From the NCBI GenBank assembly GCA_002733545.1, contig NVVX01000010.1:1-55646 (forward strand): a stretch of DNA of 55,646 nucleotides, in the 5' to 3' direction. Origin of the DNA: Alkaliphilus sp. (GTDB lineage: Bacteria; Bacillota; Clostridia; Peptostreptococcales; NVVX01). The position numbers and the translations under genes are program-made. Below the pieces are notes generated by a model. The model was not told the DNA's origin and searched no databases. It saw nothing but the letters and a program-made list of their open reading frames with translations. Below, piece after piece: positions 36,260 to 45,818 of the stretch (position 1 is the first letter of the stretch; each line of letters begins with the position of its first letter).

Positions 36260-37342
36260 ATGGATGAAATGAAAAAAACAATTAATCTTCTAATAGTAGA
36301 AGATTCCGCCTTTATGAGGAAAGTGTTAACAGATATATTTGAAGATGACTCTAGAATTAAGGTAATTGGACACGCAAGAAATGGTAAAGAAGGTATAGAA
36401 AAGGTATTAGAGCTTAAACCAGATATTGTAACTATGGATATAGAAATGCCAATTATGAATGGAATTGATGCTTTAAGAGAAATCATGAAGAAAGCCCCAC
36501 TCCCTGTTGTAATGTTAAGTTCACATACAGCAGAAGGTGCAGAAGCTACGATACAAGCTCTAGAATTAGGAGCAGTAAATTTCGTTCAAAAACCATCTAG
36601 TGCTCTAATGATTAACCCAAAAGCACTTAAGGAAAAGTTGATTGATAAAATACTTGAGGCTTCAAAAGCGAAGTTATTTCATACAATAATGAAAAAAAGT
36701 ACTACTAGAAAAACTGTAATCAATCAGAGAAGTAAAACAAAGCAAAAAAAATATACTAATTACAGTGGAACACTTGTAGCTATTGGGACTTCGACAGGAG
36801 GACCAAGAGCATTGCAGCATTTGTTGCCTGAATTTCCATCTAGTTTTCCTGTTCCTTTATTAATTGTACAACATATGCCAAAAGGATTTACAAAATCATT
36901 AGCAAATAGGCTTGACAGTTGTTCTAATATTAGCGTCAAAGAAGCTGAAGATGGTGAAGTAATAAAAAAAGGGTGTGCTTACATTGCACCAGGAGATTAT
37001 CATCTTGAACTTAAATTAAGTAGTAAAAAGGAGTTGGTTATTTCACTGACTAAAGGGGACGAAGTCTCGGGGCACCGCCCATCTGTAGACGTAATGTTTA
37101 GTTCGCTTTCTGAATTTAAGGATTTGAATACTATAGGAGTTATTATGACTGGAATGGGTGCAGACGGTGCAAAAGGGTTAAAAAGTCTAAAAAAGATCAA
37201 AGAGTCTTATGTAATTGCACAAGACGAAAGTAGTTGCGTAGTATTTGGTATGCCAAAATCTGCAATACAGCTTGGTGCGGTGGACGAAATTGTACCGTTA
37301 TCAGAAATAACAGGTGCTATACTAAATAAATTGGAGGTGTAA
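36260..37342 (+). CDS. cheB: Chemotaxis methylesterase/response regulator CheB
   Basis: Receiver domain (LLIVEDSAFMR...DIVTMDIEMP) plus methylesterase domain (AIGTSTGGPRAL, HMPKGFT). Confidence 0.93.
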   Translation: MDEMKKTINLLIVEDSAFMRKVLTDIFEDDSRIKVIGHARNGKEGIEKVLELKPDIVTMDIEMPIMNGIDALREIMKKAPLPVVMLSSHTAEGAEATIQALELGAVNFVQKPSSALMINPKALKEKLIDKILEASKAKLFHTIMKKSTTRKTVINQRSKTKQKKYTNYSGTLVAIGTSTGGPRALQHLLPEFPSSFPVPLLIVQHMPKGFTKSLANRLDSCSNISVKEAEDGEVIKKGCAYIAPGDYHLELKLSSKKELVISLTKGDEVSGHRPSVDVMFSSLSEFKDLNTIGVIMTGMGADGAKGLKSLKKIKESYVIAQDESSCVVFGMPKSAIQLGAVDEIVPLSEITGAILNKLEV

Positions 37343-37346
37343 TGTT

Positions 37347-39383
37347 ATGGATATGAGTCAATATTTAGATATTTTTATTGAAGAATCGAAAGAGCATTTA
37401 CAAAACATGAACCAAATTCTTTTGCAATTAGAAAATGATCATGCTAATACTGGTATGATTAACGAAATATTTAGAGTAGCACATACGATTAAGGGAATGG
37501 CAGGTACAATGGGATATACTCATACTGCCCACCTAACACACGAAATGGAAAATGCACTACAGCTTGTTAGAAGTGGTGAGATTGAGATTAATAGTGAAAT
37601 AATAGATGTGCTTTTTCAGTGCTTCGACAAATTAGAAAAATATGTAGAAGCTGTAGAATCAAATGGGAACGAAGGTAACGAGGATTCGGAGGAATTAATT
37701 GAACTTATTAAAAAAATAATTTTAAAGAAAGATACTGAAAAAAACGTGCAAGAGAGTTCAGATTTTTCAAAAAATCAAACAAAATTGAAAGTGGATAGCC
37801 ACGTAGAAAATGCTGTGAAAAGAGCGTGGGAGAAAGAATACAATGCATACTTAATTAGCGTAGAACTTAGCACAAAATGCATGTTAAAAGCAGCAAGAGC
37901 TTATATTGTGATTAACGAGCTTGAGAGTATAGCAGAAATAATTTACTCTAGTCCAAGTATTGAAGACATAGAAGATGAGAAATTCGACTTAGAATTTCAG
38001 TTTATTGTGGGTACAAAAGCTGATGATAAAGTTATTAAGAGTAAACTGAAGAACATTATGGAAATAGAAACGGTTTTAGTCGATGATTTAAGAGAAAATA
38101 ATATATTAGAATTTGATAAAATAAATGAAGATACATTTGCTTTTGAAGAAAAAAGCGACTATGACGATAGAAGTACATCTGTAGAAAAGAATGAATCAAA
38201 TTCAGATGAAAAAGCTAGAAAACCTAAAGTTGGTAAGACAGTGCGTGTAGATATTGAACGTCTAGATAATTTAATGAATCTAGTAAGCGAGTTAATCATT
38301 ATTAAGACGAGGCTAGAAGATTTAGACAGCGATGGAACAAACTCTAATATGCACGAGGCTACTGAATACTTAGAGAGAATAACAACTAGCTTACATGATG
38401 CAGTAATGAAAGTAAGAATGGTCCCAGTAGAAAGAGTTTTTAATCGTTTTCCAAGAATGGTAAGAGATATGGCTAAAGAATTAGGAAAAGACATCACTCT
38501 AAAAATGAGAGGACAGGACACAGAGCTTGATAGAACAGTGATTGACGAAATTGGAGACCCATTGATACATCTTATTAGAAACTCTATTGATCATGGAATA
38601 GAATTGCCTAGCATTAGAGAAAAACTTGGCAAAGATAAAGATGCAACAGTAGAATTAATTGCATATTCTGATGGAAACAGTGTTGTAATTGAGGTTGCCG
38701 ATGATGGTGCAGGGATTGATTTAGATGTTATTAAGAAGAAAGCATTTGAGAAAGGTACAATTACAAGTGAAGAGTATCAGGCAATAAGTGATGACGATGC
38801 AATCAAACTGCTATTTAATGCAGGATTTAGCACAGCGAAAGTCGTAACAGACCTTTCTGGTAGAGGAGTAGGACTCGATGTAGTAAGAACGAAGATTGAG
38901 TCATTAGGTGGAAATATTGAAATCAATACTAGTCTAGGAAAAGGGAGTAAATTCGTTATTAGGTTGCCTCTTACCCTTGCTATTATTCAAGCATTATTAG
39001 TGAAAGTAAGTAGTGAGAGATATGCAATACCTCTTAACTCAATTAAAGAAATTACTACTATTTGTGAAAGTAGAATAAGACAAATTCAAGGCAACGAAGT
39101 TGTGCTATATAGAAATGAAACATTGCCTATAAAGAGAATGACAGAAATATTTAATGTAAAAGAAAAAGCAGATAATAACAGAAAAGAAGATGAAACATTA
39201 GTTGTAATAGTGAAAAAAGGAAACAAAACTGTCGGTATTATAGTGGATGATTTAATCGGCCAACAAGAAGTAGTTATTAAATCTTTGGGTAAGTATCTTG
39301 TTAATGTAGACGCAATTGCAGGAGCAACAATTCTTGGAAATGGCTCTATAGCGCTTATAGTAGATACCAATTCGTTTTTTTAG
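37347..39383 (+). CDS. cheA: Chemotaxis histidine kinase CheA
   Basis: HPt His in RVAHTIKGMAG, HATPase boxes (DDGAGID, GRGVGLD) and a CheW-like C-terminus. Confidence 0.95.
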   Translation: MDMSQYLDIFIEESKEHLQNMNQILLQLENDHANTGMINEIFRVAHTIKGMAGTMGYTHTAHLTHEMENALQLVRSGEIEINSEIIDVLFQCFDKLEKYVEAVESNGNEGNEDSEELIELIKKIILKKDTEKNVQESSDFSKNQTKLKVDSHVENAVKRAWEKEYNAYLISVELSTKCMLKAARAYIVINELESIAEIIYSSPSIEDIEDEKFDLEFQFIVGTKADDKVIKSKLKNIMEIETVLVDDLRENNILEFDKINEDTFAFEEKSDYDDRSTSVEKNESNSDEKARKPKVGKTVRVDIERLDNLMNLVSELIIIKTRLEDLDSDGTNSNMHEATEYLERITTSLHDAVMKVRMVPVERVFNRFPRMVRDMAKELGKDITLKMRGQDTELDRTVIDEIGDPLIHLIRNSIDHGIELPSIREKLGKDKDATVELIAYSDGNSVVIEVADDGAGIDLDVIKKKAFEKGTITSEEYQAISDDDAIKLLFNAGFSTAKVVTDLSGRGVGLDVVRTKIESLGGNIEINTSLGKGSKFVIRLPLTLAIIQALLVKVSSERYAIPLNSIKEITTICESRIRQIQGNEVVLYRNETLPIKRMTEIFNVKEKADNNRKEDETLVVIVKKGNKTVGIIVDDLIGQQEVVIKSLGKYLVNVDAIAGATILGNGSIALIVDTNSFF

Positions 39384-39395
39384 GAGGGAAAAAGC

Positions 39396-39845
39396 ATGAA
39401 TAATTCTGATGCTGCTAATCAATATGTAGTGTTTAAATTGAGAGAAGAGTATTATGGAATACCAATTTCTTATGTTAAAACTTTGGAAAAAGTAACTGAT
39501 ATTACTAGAGTACCAAACGCGGAAGAGTATGTTATAGGTGTAATGAATTTAAGAGGAGAGGTAGTTCCAATAATTGATTTAAGATTGAGATTTGGTTTTG
39601 AGGCAAATGAAAAGAGTGAAGATGCAAGAACTATTGTTTTAACACTAGATGACCTTGTGATAGGACTAAGTGTCGATAGTTCTTCAGAAGTATTAACCAT
39701 TGAGGATGAAGACATTGATAGCGCAGCTAAATTTATTAACTCGTTTGAAGATGATTACATTAAAGGGATAGGAAAAGTAGACGGTAGGATGATTATACTA
39801 ATCGACATACATAAATTAGTTAATAATAAATTAGAAGCAAATTAA
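39396..39845 (+). CDS. cheW: Chemotaxis coupling protein CheW
   Basis: 149-aa CheW-like domain (QYVVFKLREEYYGIPISYV...NLRGEVVPIIDLR). Confidence 0.92.
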   Translation: MNNSDAANQYVVFKLREEYYGIPISYVKTLEKVTDITRVPNAEEYVIGVMNLRGEVVPIIDLRLRFGFEANEKSEDARTIVLTLDDLVIGLSVDSSSEVLTIEDEDIDSAAKFINSFEDDYIKGIGKVDGRMIILIDIHKLVNNKLEAN

Positions 39846-39857
39846 GGCGGTGTGAAT

Positions 39858-40478
39858 ATGAGCGCTAGTAAAAACGAGATAAAAGATATTCATATGGACG
39901 TACTAAGAGAAATAGGGAACATTGGCGCAGGAAACGCCGCGACATCATTATCAAAACTTATGCAAAGAAAAATAGACATGTCAGTGCCTTCTGTGCAAAT
40001 TCTAGAGTTAAATGAGGTTTCGGCAGCTTTAGGTGGAGAAGAAAATATCGTTGCAGGTATCTATTTTCAAATAAGTGGAGACATAAATGGATTTATTATG
40101 CTATTATTAGATATTCAATCATCTAAAACATTAACTAATATTTTGATGATGAGAGAAGATTCATCAAATGAACTTGATGAAATGGATAAATCTGCATTGC
40201 AAGAGGTTGGAAATATACTATCTGGTGCTTATGTATCTTCTTTATCTTCGTTAACAAATTTAAGTATCAATATCTCTGTACCTTCTTTGTGTATCGATAT
40301 GGCTGGGGCTATATTAAGTGTACCAGCAATTTATTTTTCTCACATAAGTGATAAGATTTTACTAATAAATACAGCAATGAACGAACACAGTGATAAATCA
40401 GTGAATGCCAATTTCTTATTAATTCCTGATTTTGATTCATTTAAAACCTTAATGAATAGTTTAGGGGTGGCATTGTAA
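39858..40478 (+). CDS. cheC: CheY-P phosphatase CheC
   Basis: Two CheC motifs: DVLREIGNIGAGNAATSLS and ALQEVGNILSGAYVSSLS. ATG 39858 lies 7 nt after AAGGCGG (the track ORF starts at GTG 39852). Confidence 0.88.
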   Translation: MSASKNEIKDIHMDVLREIGNIGAGNAATSLSKLMQRKIDMSVPSVQILELNEVSAALGGEENIVAGIYFQISGDINGFIMLLLDIQSSKTLTNILMMREDSSNELDEMDKSALQEVGNILSGAYVSSLSSLTNLSINISVPSLCIDMAGAILSVPAIYFSHISDKILLINTAMNEHSDKSVNANFLLIPDFDSFKTLMNSLGVAL

Positions 40479-40967
40479 ATGAAGAAAATGATTAAAGTAG
40501 GAATGGCTGAGTATAAAATTGTAAAAGTTCCAGAAATATTGACAACTCTAGGATTAGGATCATGTATTGGAATCTGCTTATATGATAAGCAAGCGAAAAT
40601 AGCAGGATTAGCACATATTATGCTCCCATCTAGTATCCAAATAAAGAACAATACTAATAAAGCAAAATTTGCTGACACAGCAATAGAATTACTATTAAAT
40701 GATATTATAGGGCTGGGAGCTTTAAAGCGCAAAATAACAGCTAAAATTGCTGGAGGAGCACAAATGTTCGCTTTTTCCAATAATTCTAATGATTTGATGA
40801 AAATTGGACTTAGAAATGCTGAAGCGACTAAATTGATTCTTAAAAGCCATGGAATACCTATTTTATCTGAGGATACTGGAGGTAATTACGGACGAACTAT
40901 AGAATTTGATCCTAGCAATGGAGAATTAATGATAAAAACTATAGGGCATGGAATAAAAGTAATTTAG
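40479..40967 (+). CDS. cheD: Chemoreceptor glutamine deamidase CheD
   Basis: The TLGLGSCIGICLYD catalytic-Cys region is typical of CheD. Confidence 0.9.
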   Translation: MKKMIKVGMAEYKIVKVPEILTTLGLGSCIGICLYDKQAKIAGLAHIMLPSSIQIKNNTNKAKFADTAIELLLNDIIGLGALKRKITAKIAGGAQMFAFSNNSNDLMKIGLRNAEATKLILKSHGIPILSEDTGGNYGRTIEFDPSNGELMIKTIGHGIKVI

Positions 40968-40999
40968 AAATATTTTTCTTCTAAGAGGAGGAGTTATTA

Positions 41000-41725
41000 G
41001 TGGATTTTTTAGATTTATGGCAAAAATATAAAAATAAATCTGATAAGGATGCGAAAAATGCTCTTATTGAAAAATATATAGAATTAGTAAAAATTATTGC
41101 AGGCAGAATGTATAGCACATATGGTAGTAATGTTGACTACGATGATCTGGTAGGTTACGGAATTTTTGGATTAATTGACGCCATAGAAAAATTTGACATT
41201 ACAAAGGACATCAAATTCGAGACATATGCACAAATCAGAATTCGTGGATCAGTTGTTGATCAACTAAGGAATTTAGATTGGGTACCCAGATCAGTTAGAC
41301 AAAAAGCTAAACTAGTAGAATCTGCTTGCAGTAAATTAGAAAACAAACTTGGTAGGAACGCCTTAGATGATGAAATTGCCAAAGAAATTGGAATATCAGT
41401 AGAAGAGTTTCAAAAATTACTTTTGCAGATAAGCAACCTAAACATAGTATCACTTGAAGAAAAAATTGTTGAAGGAAACAATAGTAGCTTTATAAGTACT
41501 GAAAACAGTTTGCCGGAAAATGTATTGTGTGGCAAAGAAATTATAGAGATTTTAAATGCGAGTATAGACGAACTACCAGAAAGAGAAAAATTAATTATCG
41601 GTTTGTATTATTATGATGAACTAACATACAGAGAAATAGGAAAAATTTTAAGCGTTTCCGAATCAAGAGTGTCCCAGCTGCACTCTAAAGCTATTTCTCG
41701 CTTAAAACCAAAACTAGCATTATAG
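41000..41725 (+). CDS. sigD: Flagellar sigma factor SigD/FliA (sigma-28)
   Basis: Sigma-70 region 2 (DDLVGYGIFGLIDAIEKFD) and region 4 HTH (LTYREIGKILSVSESRVSQLHSKAISRLK). GTG start lies 6 nt after AGAGGAGGAG. Confidence 0.9.
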   Translation: MDFLDLWQKYKNKSDKDAKNALIEKYIELVKIIAGRMYSTYGSNVDYDDLVGYGIFGLIDAIEKFDITKDIKFETYAQIRIRGSVVDQLRNLDWVPRSVRQKAKLVESACSKLENKLGRNALDDEIAKEIGISVEEFQKLLLQISNLNIVSLEEKIVEGNNSSFISTENSLPENVLCGKEIIEILNASIDELPEREKLIIGLYYYDELTYREIGKILSVSESRVSQLHSKAISRLKPKLAL

Positions 41726-41788
41726 CAAAATGACAAATATAGTTGTGCGTGTAGTTTTATTGTAAAAGAAAAAAAGAGGTGCTCAAAC

Positions 41789-43408
41789 ATGAAAAAAAAT
41801 GTTGCAAGCAATAGAGATAGCGCAGAGTTTCAAATAGATTATAGAGAAGATGGTGTTTATCTTAGAGTAAACAAAGAGGCTACTTTAGATTCTTCTAAAG
41901 CTACTGATGATATTCTTTCTTTTTTATATAGAAAAATGGTTTTCGATATTGAAGAGGCACAAGTAAAACTCGCAGTTAGTAGTAAAGAAGAAAATATTAA
42001 AATTGCACCCCAGCAAAGTGAAATATTAATTAATAGCAAGGTAATTGTAGATATTTCAAAGGATAAAATGGAAGCTAACGTACTTATTACTCCTAACGAA
42101 GGAGGCAAGTTTTTTACTGTTGATGAATTGATTAGTGAGTTGAGTGCGCAGGGTATCATAAGCGGCATAGATAAAGAGCAGATTAACTCAATTGTTTCTT
42201 CTAAGTTAACTGATGTATATTTATTAGCTGCAAAAGGAAAAGAACCTTGTCATGGTACAGACGCTCAAACCATTTATCATTTTTGTACGGAGAAAGATAT
42301 AACTCCAACTATTAACAGTGATGGAACAATAGACCACAAACGACTAAATTTAATTAAGAACGTAGAAAAAGACAATTTATTATTAGAGATTGTACCAGCA
42401 ACTAAGGGAACTGAAGGCATTAATGTAATGGGAATGAGCCTTCCAGCAAAAAGAGGAAAAGATGCTAAAATAAAAATAGGTAAAAATATCTATGAAAGTG
42501 ACGACAAGCTGAAGTTTTTTTCTGCAATAGATGGGCGCGTAATTGTTGATAAAAATGGAAAAATCACAGTGAGTGAAATTCTTGAAGTAGAACATAATGT
42601 CGACAATTCTACGGGAAATATTCAATTTAAAGGAACAGTTATTGTGAGAAACAACGTGAGAACTGGTTTTTCAATTTTTGCTGATGCAGATATTCACGTT
42701 ATGGGTGTAGTAGAAGGTTCTACTCTAACAGCAAAAGGAAATATTACAATAGATCGAGGAATACAAGGAAATGGTCAAGCGAAAATTGAATGTGAGGGTA
42801 ACTTGAATACTAAGTTTATTGAAAATGCGAAAGTGAATTGTAAGGGAGATATTGAAGCAGATTTTGTTTTGCATAGTCATCTTACAGCAAGAGGCAAAAT
42901 TGACCTCAGCGGTAAAAAATCTACTATTGCAGGTGGAAAGTTAAGAGCTGGGAAATCTATAAGAGCTGCAATTATTGGGTCTAGTATGGGTACTATTACA
43001 GAATTAGAAGTAGGTATTGACCCAGAAATGAGAGAGCAACATGCTAAACTATCAGATGAAATAATTGCAATTGGAAAAAAAACCAATGAATTAATGAAAA
43101 CTATAAAATTGCTAAACAAAGCTCTAAAAGCAGGACGTCTTCCTGCAAGCAAAAAAGAACTTTTGGTCAAATCTCTCAATGCTTATAAGATTCTAATGGA
43201 CAATCAAACCAATCTAAAAATGAGGAAAAAACTAATTGACAATATGATAAATAGCTTGTCTAAAGGTAGAGTACATGTATCGAAGATAATGCACCCTGGA
43301 GTTAAAATATCAATAATTGATGCTGTAAAGCATGTAAACGAGGAATTACCAAGTTGTACTTTATTCAAAAAAAATGGTGAAGTGACTACGGGGGTATACG
43401 AAAAGTAG
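41789..43408 (+). CDS. DUF342/FapA-like flagellar-associated protein
   Basis: 539 aa with a beta-helix-like repetitive core (GNIQFKGTVIV..., GNITIDRGIQG..., CKGDIEAD...) and a C-terminal coiled coil. This architecture and its post-sigD position are typical of DUF342. Confidence 0.65.
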   Translation: MKKNVASNRDSAEFQIDYREDGVYLRVNKEATLDSSKATDDILSFLYRKMVFDIEEAQVKLAVSSKEENIKIAPQQSEILINSKVIVDISKDKMEANVLITPNEGGKFFTVDELISELSAQGIISGIDKEQINSIVSSKLTDVYLLAAKGKEPCHGTDAQTIYHFCTEKDITPTINSDGTIDHKRLNLIKNVEKDNLLLEIVPATKGTEGINVMGMSLPAKRGKDAKIKIGKNIYESDDKLKFFSAIDGRVIVDKNGKITVSEILEVEHNVDNSTGNIQFKGTVIVRNNVRTGFSIFADADIHVMGVVEGSTLTAKGNITIDRGIQGNGQAKIECEGNLNTKFIENAKVNCKGDIEADFVLHSHLTARGKIDLSGKKSTIAGGKLRAGKSIRAAIIGSSMGTITELEVGIDPEMREQHAKLSDEIIAIGKKTNELMKTIKLLNKALKAGRLPASKKELLVKSLNAYKILMDNQTNLKMRKKLIDNMINSLSKGRVHVSKIMHPGVKISIIDAVKHVNEELPSCTLFKKNGEVTTGVYEK

Positions 43409-43419
43409 GTGATTTAAAT

Positions 43420-43764
43420 ATGTCTATTAAACCTATAGATATGCATTTGTCCTATGCAAATGCAATAAAGGAGGCTAAAGTCAAGCAAGACGACTTTAAT
43501 CGTCCTAGAATACAAGTTGATCAAATTCAAAACCAACAAGAGAATATAATAAAGAAAAACTTGAGCAAAGTTAGAAGTGCTGAAGGTAGTGAGCATGCTA
43601 GAATATCTAAAGAAAAAATTAATAAAGAACAACAGAATGCAAAAAAACGTAAAAAACAAAACAAAGATAAATCACATAACAGTAAAGAGGAAAACAGTTT
43701 AAAAACAAGTAAACTTGTAGACGAAACCAAAAAAATTGGCACTGTCCTAGATATTAGCATTTGA
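43420..43764 (+). CDS. Hypothetical Lys/Gln/Glu-rich 114-aa protein
   Basis: ORF starts 12 nt after the DUF342 stop. Low-complexity charged centre (KEQQNAKKRKKQNKDKSHNSKEEN). I recognise no family. Confidence 0.45.
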   Translation: MSIKPIDMHLSYANAIKEAKVKQDDFNRPRIQVDQIQNQQENIIKKNLSKVRSAEGSEHARISKEKINKEQQNAKKRKKQNKDKSHNSKEENSLKTSKLVDETKKIGTVLDISI

Positions 43765-43824
43765 TCTATCGTTTAATAAAAACTGATAAAAGTCATGAAT
43801 ACTACTAATTTTACGAGGTGTAAA

Positions 43825-44253
43825 ATGGATTATAACTCATACACAATAATTATTGGCTGCGTAGTGGTTTTAGTTTCACTAGCTTTGATTATTAGAGAGA
43901 ATAGACTTTATAATATTAAAAATAGAAACAACGATAATTATAGAAACCAGAGTAACTGTAATGCAAGCAAAGAAGTTGCAATAATAAGCAATAAGATAGA
44001 ACAACTAGCCCGAAATGTAGAGTTAATACTTGAAGCTACAGTTTCCTCTAAAGAGACTAAAAATGTGATTAAAAAACCTATAGCCCAACAAGACAATAAT
44101 AGTTTTAACAACACTTTAAAATATCAGCTGTTTGAAAAAAAGAACGAAAAAGTAATCGAGTTACATAAATCGGGACTTGAGATAGCTAGTATTGCTAAAA
44201 TGTTAAACAAGAGCTACAGAGAAGTCGAGATGATTGTAAAATTGCTTAAATGA
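43825..44253 (+). CDS. Hypothetical single-pass membrane protein with a C-terminal HTH-like segment
   Basis: ATG 43825 lies 4 nt after GAGGTG (the track ORF starts at 43795). TM helix IIIGCVVVLVSLALII. The C-terminus NEKVIELHKSGLEIASIAKMLNKSYREVEMIVKLLK looks like a small HTH. Confidence 0.5.
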   Translation: MDYNSYTIIIGCVVVLVSLALIIRENRLYNIKNRNNDNYRNQSNCNASKEVAIISNKIEQLARNVELILEATVSSKETKNVIKKPIAQQDNNSFNNTLKYQLFEKKNEKVIELHKSGLEIASIAKMLNKSYREVEMIVKLLK

Positions 44254-44263
44254 GGTGGATTGT

Positions 44264-44767
44264 TTGCGTAGAGTTTGTTATAAAAGTTTAGCACTAGGTC
44301 TTGGAATAGGGATAATTATTACCGCTTTAGCAAATGTGATTTTTCATAATGCCGGTGAACTTGAAAAAAACAAAGAAATTAGCAAGGAAGTAATAAATTT
44401 CGAACGTTTTAGCAGTAGCATTAATAATGACGCTAGCGAAATAATAATTTTAGATGAAAAAATGAACATTGAAGTAAACACTGAAAAAAACAAGGAACAA
44501 AACACTCCGAGTAAAGCTGACGAAAAAGAAGAAGACGAAATAAAAAGTGGCGAAAAAGACTACGTTTTAGTTGAAATAATAGCAGGAATGGCTAGCTTGG
44601 AAATAGCACAATTGTTATATGACAAAGGACTAATTGAAGATATTGAAGTATTCTTAGAAATCGCAACCAGTATGGATGCGATTAAGACTCTAAGACGAGG
44701 AATTAAAATGATACCACGTGAGAGTTCCATAGAAGAAATTGTTGAAATTTTAATTAAAGTCAATTAG
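44264..44767 (+). CDS. Hypothetical single-pass membrane protein with a YceG/MltG-N-terminal-like domain
   Basis: TTG 44264 lies 5 nt after TGAGGTGG (the track ORF starts at GTG 44255). TM helix LALGLGIGIIITALANVIF. The C-terminus VEIIAGMASLEIAQLLYDKGLIEDIEVFLE...LRRGIKMIPRESSIEEIVEIL resembles the non-catalytic N-domain of MltG/YceG. Confidence 0.5.
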   Translation: MRRVCYKSLALGLGIGIIITALANVIFHNAGELEKNKEISKEVINFERFSSSINNDASEIIILDEKMNIEVNTEKNKEQNTPSKADEKEEDEIKSGEKDYVLVEIIAGMASLEIAQLLYDKGLIEDIEVFLEIATSMDAIKTLRRGIKMIPRESSIEEIVEILIKVN

Positions 44768-44823
44768 TTTTTTGATTTCACAGTGCAATTTTAAATAAAA
44801 TTATCAATTATTGCATATTCATG

Positions 44824-44852
44824 TTGAATTGTACCAAACTATATGTTAAGAT
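44824..44852 (+). promoter_or_regulatory. Sigma-A-type promoter for rpsB-tsf (extended -10)
   Basis: TTGAAT (44824-44829), a 17-nt spacer ending in TGT, then TAAGAT (44847-44852). Confidence 0.5.
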
Positions 44853-44870
44853 ATTAGAGATAAAAAAGCA

Positions 44871-44925
44871 CACTTCTTAATTCACTTAGTAGTGCCAAAG
44901 GTTCTAAGTGAAAATGATAGAAGTG
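44871..44925 (+). promoter_or_regulatory. Structured rpsB 5' leader hairpin
   Basis: Two stacked helices: 44871-44877 pairs with 44919-44925 (7 bp), and 44881-44889 pairs with 44904-44912 (9 bp). A 14-nt apical loop. It ends 12 nt before the AAAGGAGG RBS. Confidence 0.55.
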
Positions 44926-44952
44926 GATGAAAAACTAAAGGAGGCAACAAAA

Positions 44953-45654
44953 ATGCCAGTAATTTCAATGAAACAATTGTTAGAAGCAGGTGTTCATTTT
45001 GGACATCAGACTAGAAGATGGAATCCGAAAATGGCGGAGTACATTTTTACAGAAAGAAATGGGATTTATATTATTGACCTACAGAAAACTGTAAGAAAAG
45101 TTGAAGAAGCGTACAATATTATAAGAGATATTGCAGCAGAAGGAAAAAACATTCTTTTTGTTGGAACAAAAAAACAGGCGCAAACTGCAATAGAAGAAGA
45201 AGCAAAAAGATGTAACATGTATTATGTTAATAACCGCTGGTTAGGTGGAATGTTAACAAACTACAAGACAATTAAAATTAGAATTGACAGATTACACAAA
45301 TTAGAAAAAATGGAAGAAGACGGAACATTCGAAGCTCTTCCAAAAAAAGAAGTTATAAAGTTAAAACTTCAAAGAGCTAAGTTAAATAAATTTTTGGGTG
45401 GAATTAAAGATATGAAATCTCTGCCTGGAGCTATCTTTGTAGTAGACCCACGTAAAGAAAGAATTGCAATAAAAGAAGCGCAAAAATTAGGAATTACAGT
45501 GGTATCTATAGTAGATACTAATTGTGATCCAGAAGAAGCAGATTATGTAATCCCTGGTAACGACGATGCAATACGTGCGGTTAGATTACTTACTGCAACT
45601 ATGGCAAATGCAGTTTTAGAGGGTAAACAAGGAGTGCAGACTGAAGAAGAATAA
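44953..45654 (+). CDS. rpsB: 30S ribosomal protein S2
   Basis: [27 protein letters not shown] begins at ATG 44953, after AAAGGAGG. The 15-codon track extension (GTG 44908) falls in a leader hairpin. Confidence 0.95.
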   Translation: MPVISMKQLLEAGVHFGHQTRRWNPKMAEYIFTERNGIYIIDLQKTVRKVEEAYNIIRDIAAEGKNILFVGTKKQAQTAIEEEAKRCNMYYVNNRWLGGMLTNYKTIKIRIDRLHKLEKMEEDGTFEALPKKEVIKLKLQRAKLNKFLGGIKDMKSLPGAIFVVDPRKERIAIKEAQKLGITVVSIVDTNCDPEEADYVIPGNDDAIRAVRLLTATMANAVLEGKQGVQTEEE

Positions 45655-45748
45655 CTTGCATATGACTTATGTAAAACACTAAGTTTTAAGTGGGGACTTT
45701 ACTTCACCTTAGCAATGAAAAAAGAATACTTAATAATTTTTTCACAAC

Positions 45749-45790
45749 AAGGTAAGGGTATAGAGGGAATTTTCCTTGCTCCCTTACCTT
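45749..45790 (+). terminator. Hairpin between rpsB and tsf (possible partial terminator or attenuator)
   Basis: AAGGTAAGGG (45749-45758) pairs perfectly with CCCTTACCTT (45781-45790). It is followed by TTATGATATT. Confidence 0.45.
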
Positions 45791-45818
45791 TTATGATATT
45801 AAACTAGGAGGAGTTTTA

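Noticed and set aside
12045-43760. Dozens of 60-166 aa minus-strand ORFs in the track across the fla/che block (for example 13098-13598, 22602-22994, 31507-32007, 38159-38521, 40340-40780, 43414-43760).
   Set aside because: Each one is antisense to a confidently identified flagellar or chemotaxis gene. Their composition is hydrophobic and low-complexity, and none shows a family resemblance or translation signal.
44908-44952. A 15-codon N-terminal extension of rpsB from GTG 44908, given in the ORF track.
   Set aside because: The canonical S2 N-terminus [19 protein letters not shown] starts at ATG 44953, directly after AAAGGAGG. The GTG sits inside the leader hairpin and has no RBS.
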